Part shown: in pieces, positions 62,718 through 64,000 of the stretch | Numbering within the stretch: the stretch's first letter is position 1 | Layout of the letters: each line of letters starts with the position of its first letter | Source: Blepharisma stoltei ATCC 30299 | Lineage: Eukaryota > Protista > Ciliophora | Assembly (NCBI GenBank): GCA_965603825.1 | Contig: CBFDEM010000004.1 | Coordinates: forward strand, 558,001-622,000 | Length of the DNA: 64,000 nt | Reading direction: 5' to 3' | Notes under the pieces: model-generated | Database searches by the model: none | What the model saw: only the letters and a program-made list of their open reading frames with translations | What the model was told of the DNA's origin: nothing | Translations under genes and position numbers: made by a program

Positions 62718-64000
62718 ATGAGATCACTTGTATTTAGCATCTCCTTTTTATTAGGAGTGGCTTACACTGCTTTATTTTTTTATCTGCTGAAGAAATCTTA
62801 CAATTTTATACAGTTCAATGCTCAATGGATGTTCGCAAAAATTTTTTATGTGGTTTTGATGTTTTTCTCACTTTTTAGGCTGATCTCGTTTTGAGCAATT
62901 TGCTTTTTTACATCTTACATTCTAGATCGAGCTCGGCTTTCATATGTGCTGCTTTCAATACCTGAATCTCTCTTCCTTTCAAGCTTTTTGGTGCTTTTTT
63001 GAATTTTGGCAAGCGTCTATTATTACACACATCTTATGTCTTATAATCCCATAGAAGGACAAATCCGATACCCTAAAAGACTGAAGAAACTTGGCGCAGT
63101 TGGGCTAATTATTAGTGCACTATGAGTTATCGGAGAAATTATCTTATATGCGTTATTCGCTGGACGCTTAATTAGCGTTTCTTCAATGGAATTTCAATTG
63201 ATGATTTCAAATGTTGCCGCTTTTGTGCTTATCGTGATTTTCTATTGCTATCTTATGTTTGAGTACCGAAACAGCTATTGCAAATCAAGCGATGCCAAAA
63301 AACTGTCAATACAGGTGCTAAGAGTTACTCTTATTTGAGGGTTAGGCCGTGTTCTTCACATCTTATTTTACTACACAGAAGCATTAGATTTCAGCTCAAA
63401 TGACGTTCATCCTCCATTTGATACCATGAGTGAGAACATTCCAGCTGCAATTTTGCTATTGGATTACTTGGTAAACGAAATATTTTGCATTTATTTAGTA
63501 TTGAGGAAACAATTTTTTTATATTTACTCGTGTGATATAAATTCGCTTCCTACCACAAATTCGTTTCTTCCTAATAAAACAAACGAGGATTTTATTGACC
63601 CTTCGATGATAGAAGATCCCAATGATTTTAGCTGGATAAATAGTTATGATGATCCGATAATAAAAGAAGAAAATATACAAATCCATATAAAAGTGCCTAG
63701 TAAAAAGCAGCTTTTGGGGATAATTTATCGAGGGGTTTATAATGGGCATCATGTATTAATCAAAAGAGTCAAATTCACTAAAATCAGCAAATATATGATA
63801 GACCAGCTTATACAAGAAGTGGTCATCACTAAAAGACTTGAAGGAACCCATCTATTACCTTTAATAGGCATCAGCACTGGCAGCTCTCACATTGATTTTG
63901 TCAGTCCCTATATGACAAATGGCTCTTTATTTTCAGCAATTCATCAAAGGAATTCTTTTTTCTCTTATAAAGATAAGCTAAGAATTGCAAGGGAGTTAGC
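62718..64000 (+). CDS. Seven-TM protein fused to a TKL-like kinase domain, truncated by the window end
   Basis: Open from ATG 62718 to the window end with TGA=Trp at 62892, 63000, 63123 and 63336. Seven hydrophobic segments, then LGIIYRGVYNGHHVLIKRV...EV...LLPLIG...PYMTNGSLFSAIH...KLRIAREL. Confidence 0.8.

Noticed and set aside
1-64000. Mycoplasma-like or mitochondrial DNA (also UGA=Trp), or selenocysteine UGA
   Set aside because: Nuclear eukaryotic gene content and spliceosomal introns are present, and TGA aligns to Trp rather than Cys positions.
1-64000. General UAR=Gln code or fully ambiguous stop code
   Set aside because: TAA/TAG end the genes and are absent inside the long CDSs, apart from one TAG in tubby.
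1-64000. tRNA, rRNA, telomeric repeats, transposase genes or IESs
   Set aside because: None recognisable by eye. Long CDSs are uninterrupted, consistent with somatic DNA, but a covariance-model search was not possible.

Overview
Gene-dense, AT-rich eukaryotic nuclear DNA, not prokaryotic. Two features explain why the standard-code ORF track is fragmented. First, UGA encodes Trp: in-frame TGA falls on invariant Trp positions such as kinase D-M-W-S-V-G and dynein W-K-E-W-Y-D, and every gene end traced is TAA or TAG. Second, introns are tiny 15-16 nt GTA..A...AG elements. This combination matches heterotrich ciliate somatic DNA of the Blepharisma type (inferred). Re-read this way, the window holds about 32 genes, including an intronless 4363-aa DNAH10-type dynein heavy chain, a ~3588-aa repetitive protein, Nup93, COG7, SCO1, OMA1, Pumilio, cyclin, tubby and a MAPK. 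A 7TM-kinase fusion at the right edge is absent from the ORF track. The most striking feature is a family of five small secreted collagen-like genes in two clusters (41.9-44.1 kb and 55.7-57.2 kb). All five have exactly 27 uninterrupted Gly-X-Y triplets, Cys inside the helix with an invariant G-C-x at triplet 9, and a shared DNA motif 33-36 nt upstream of the ATG. This looks like a co-regulated, disulfide-crosslinked mini-collagen system in a unicellular eukaryote.
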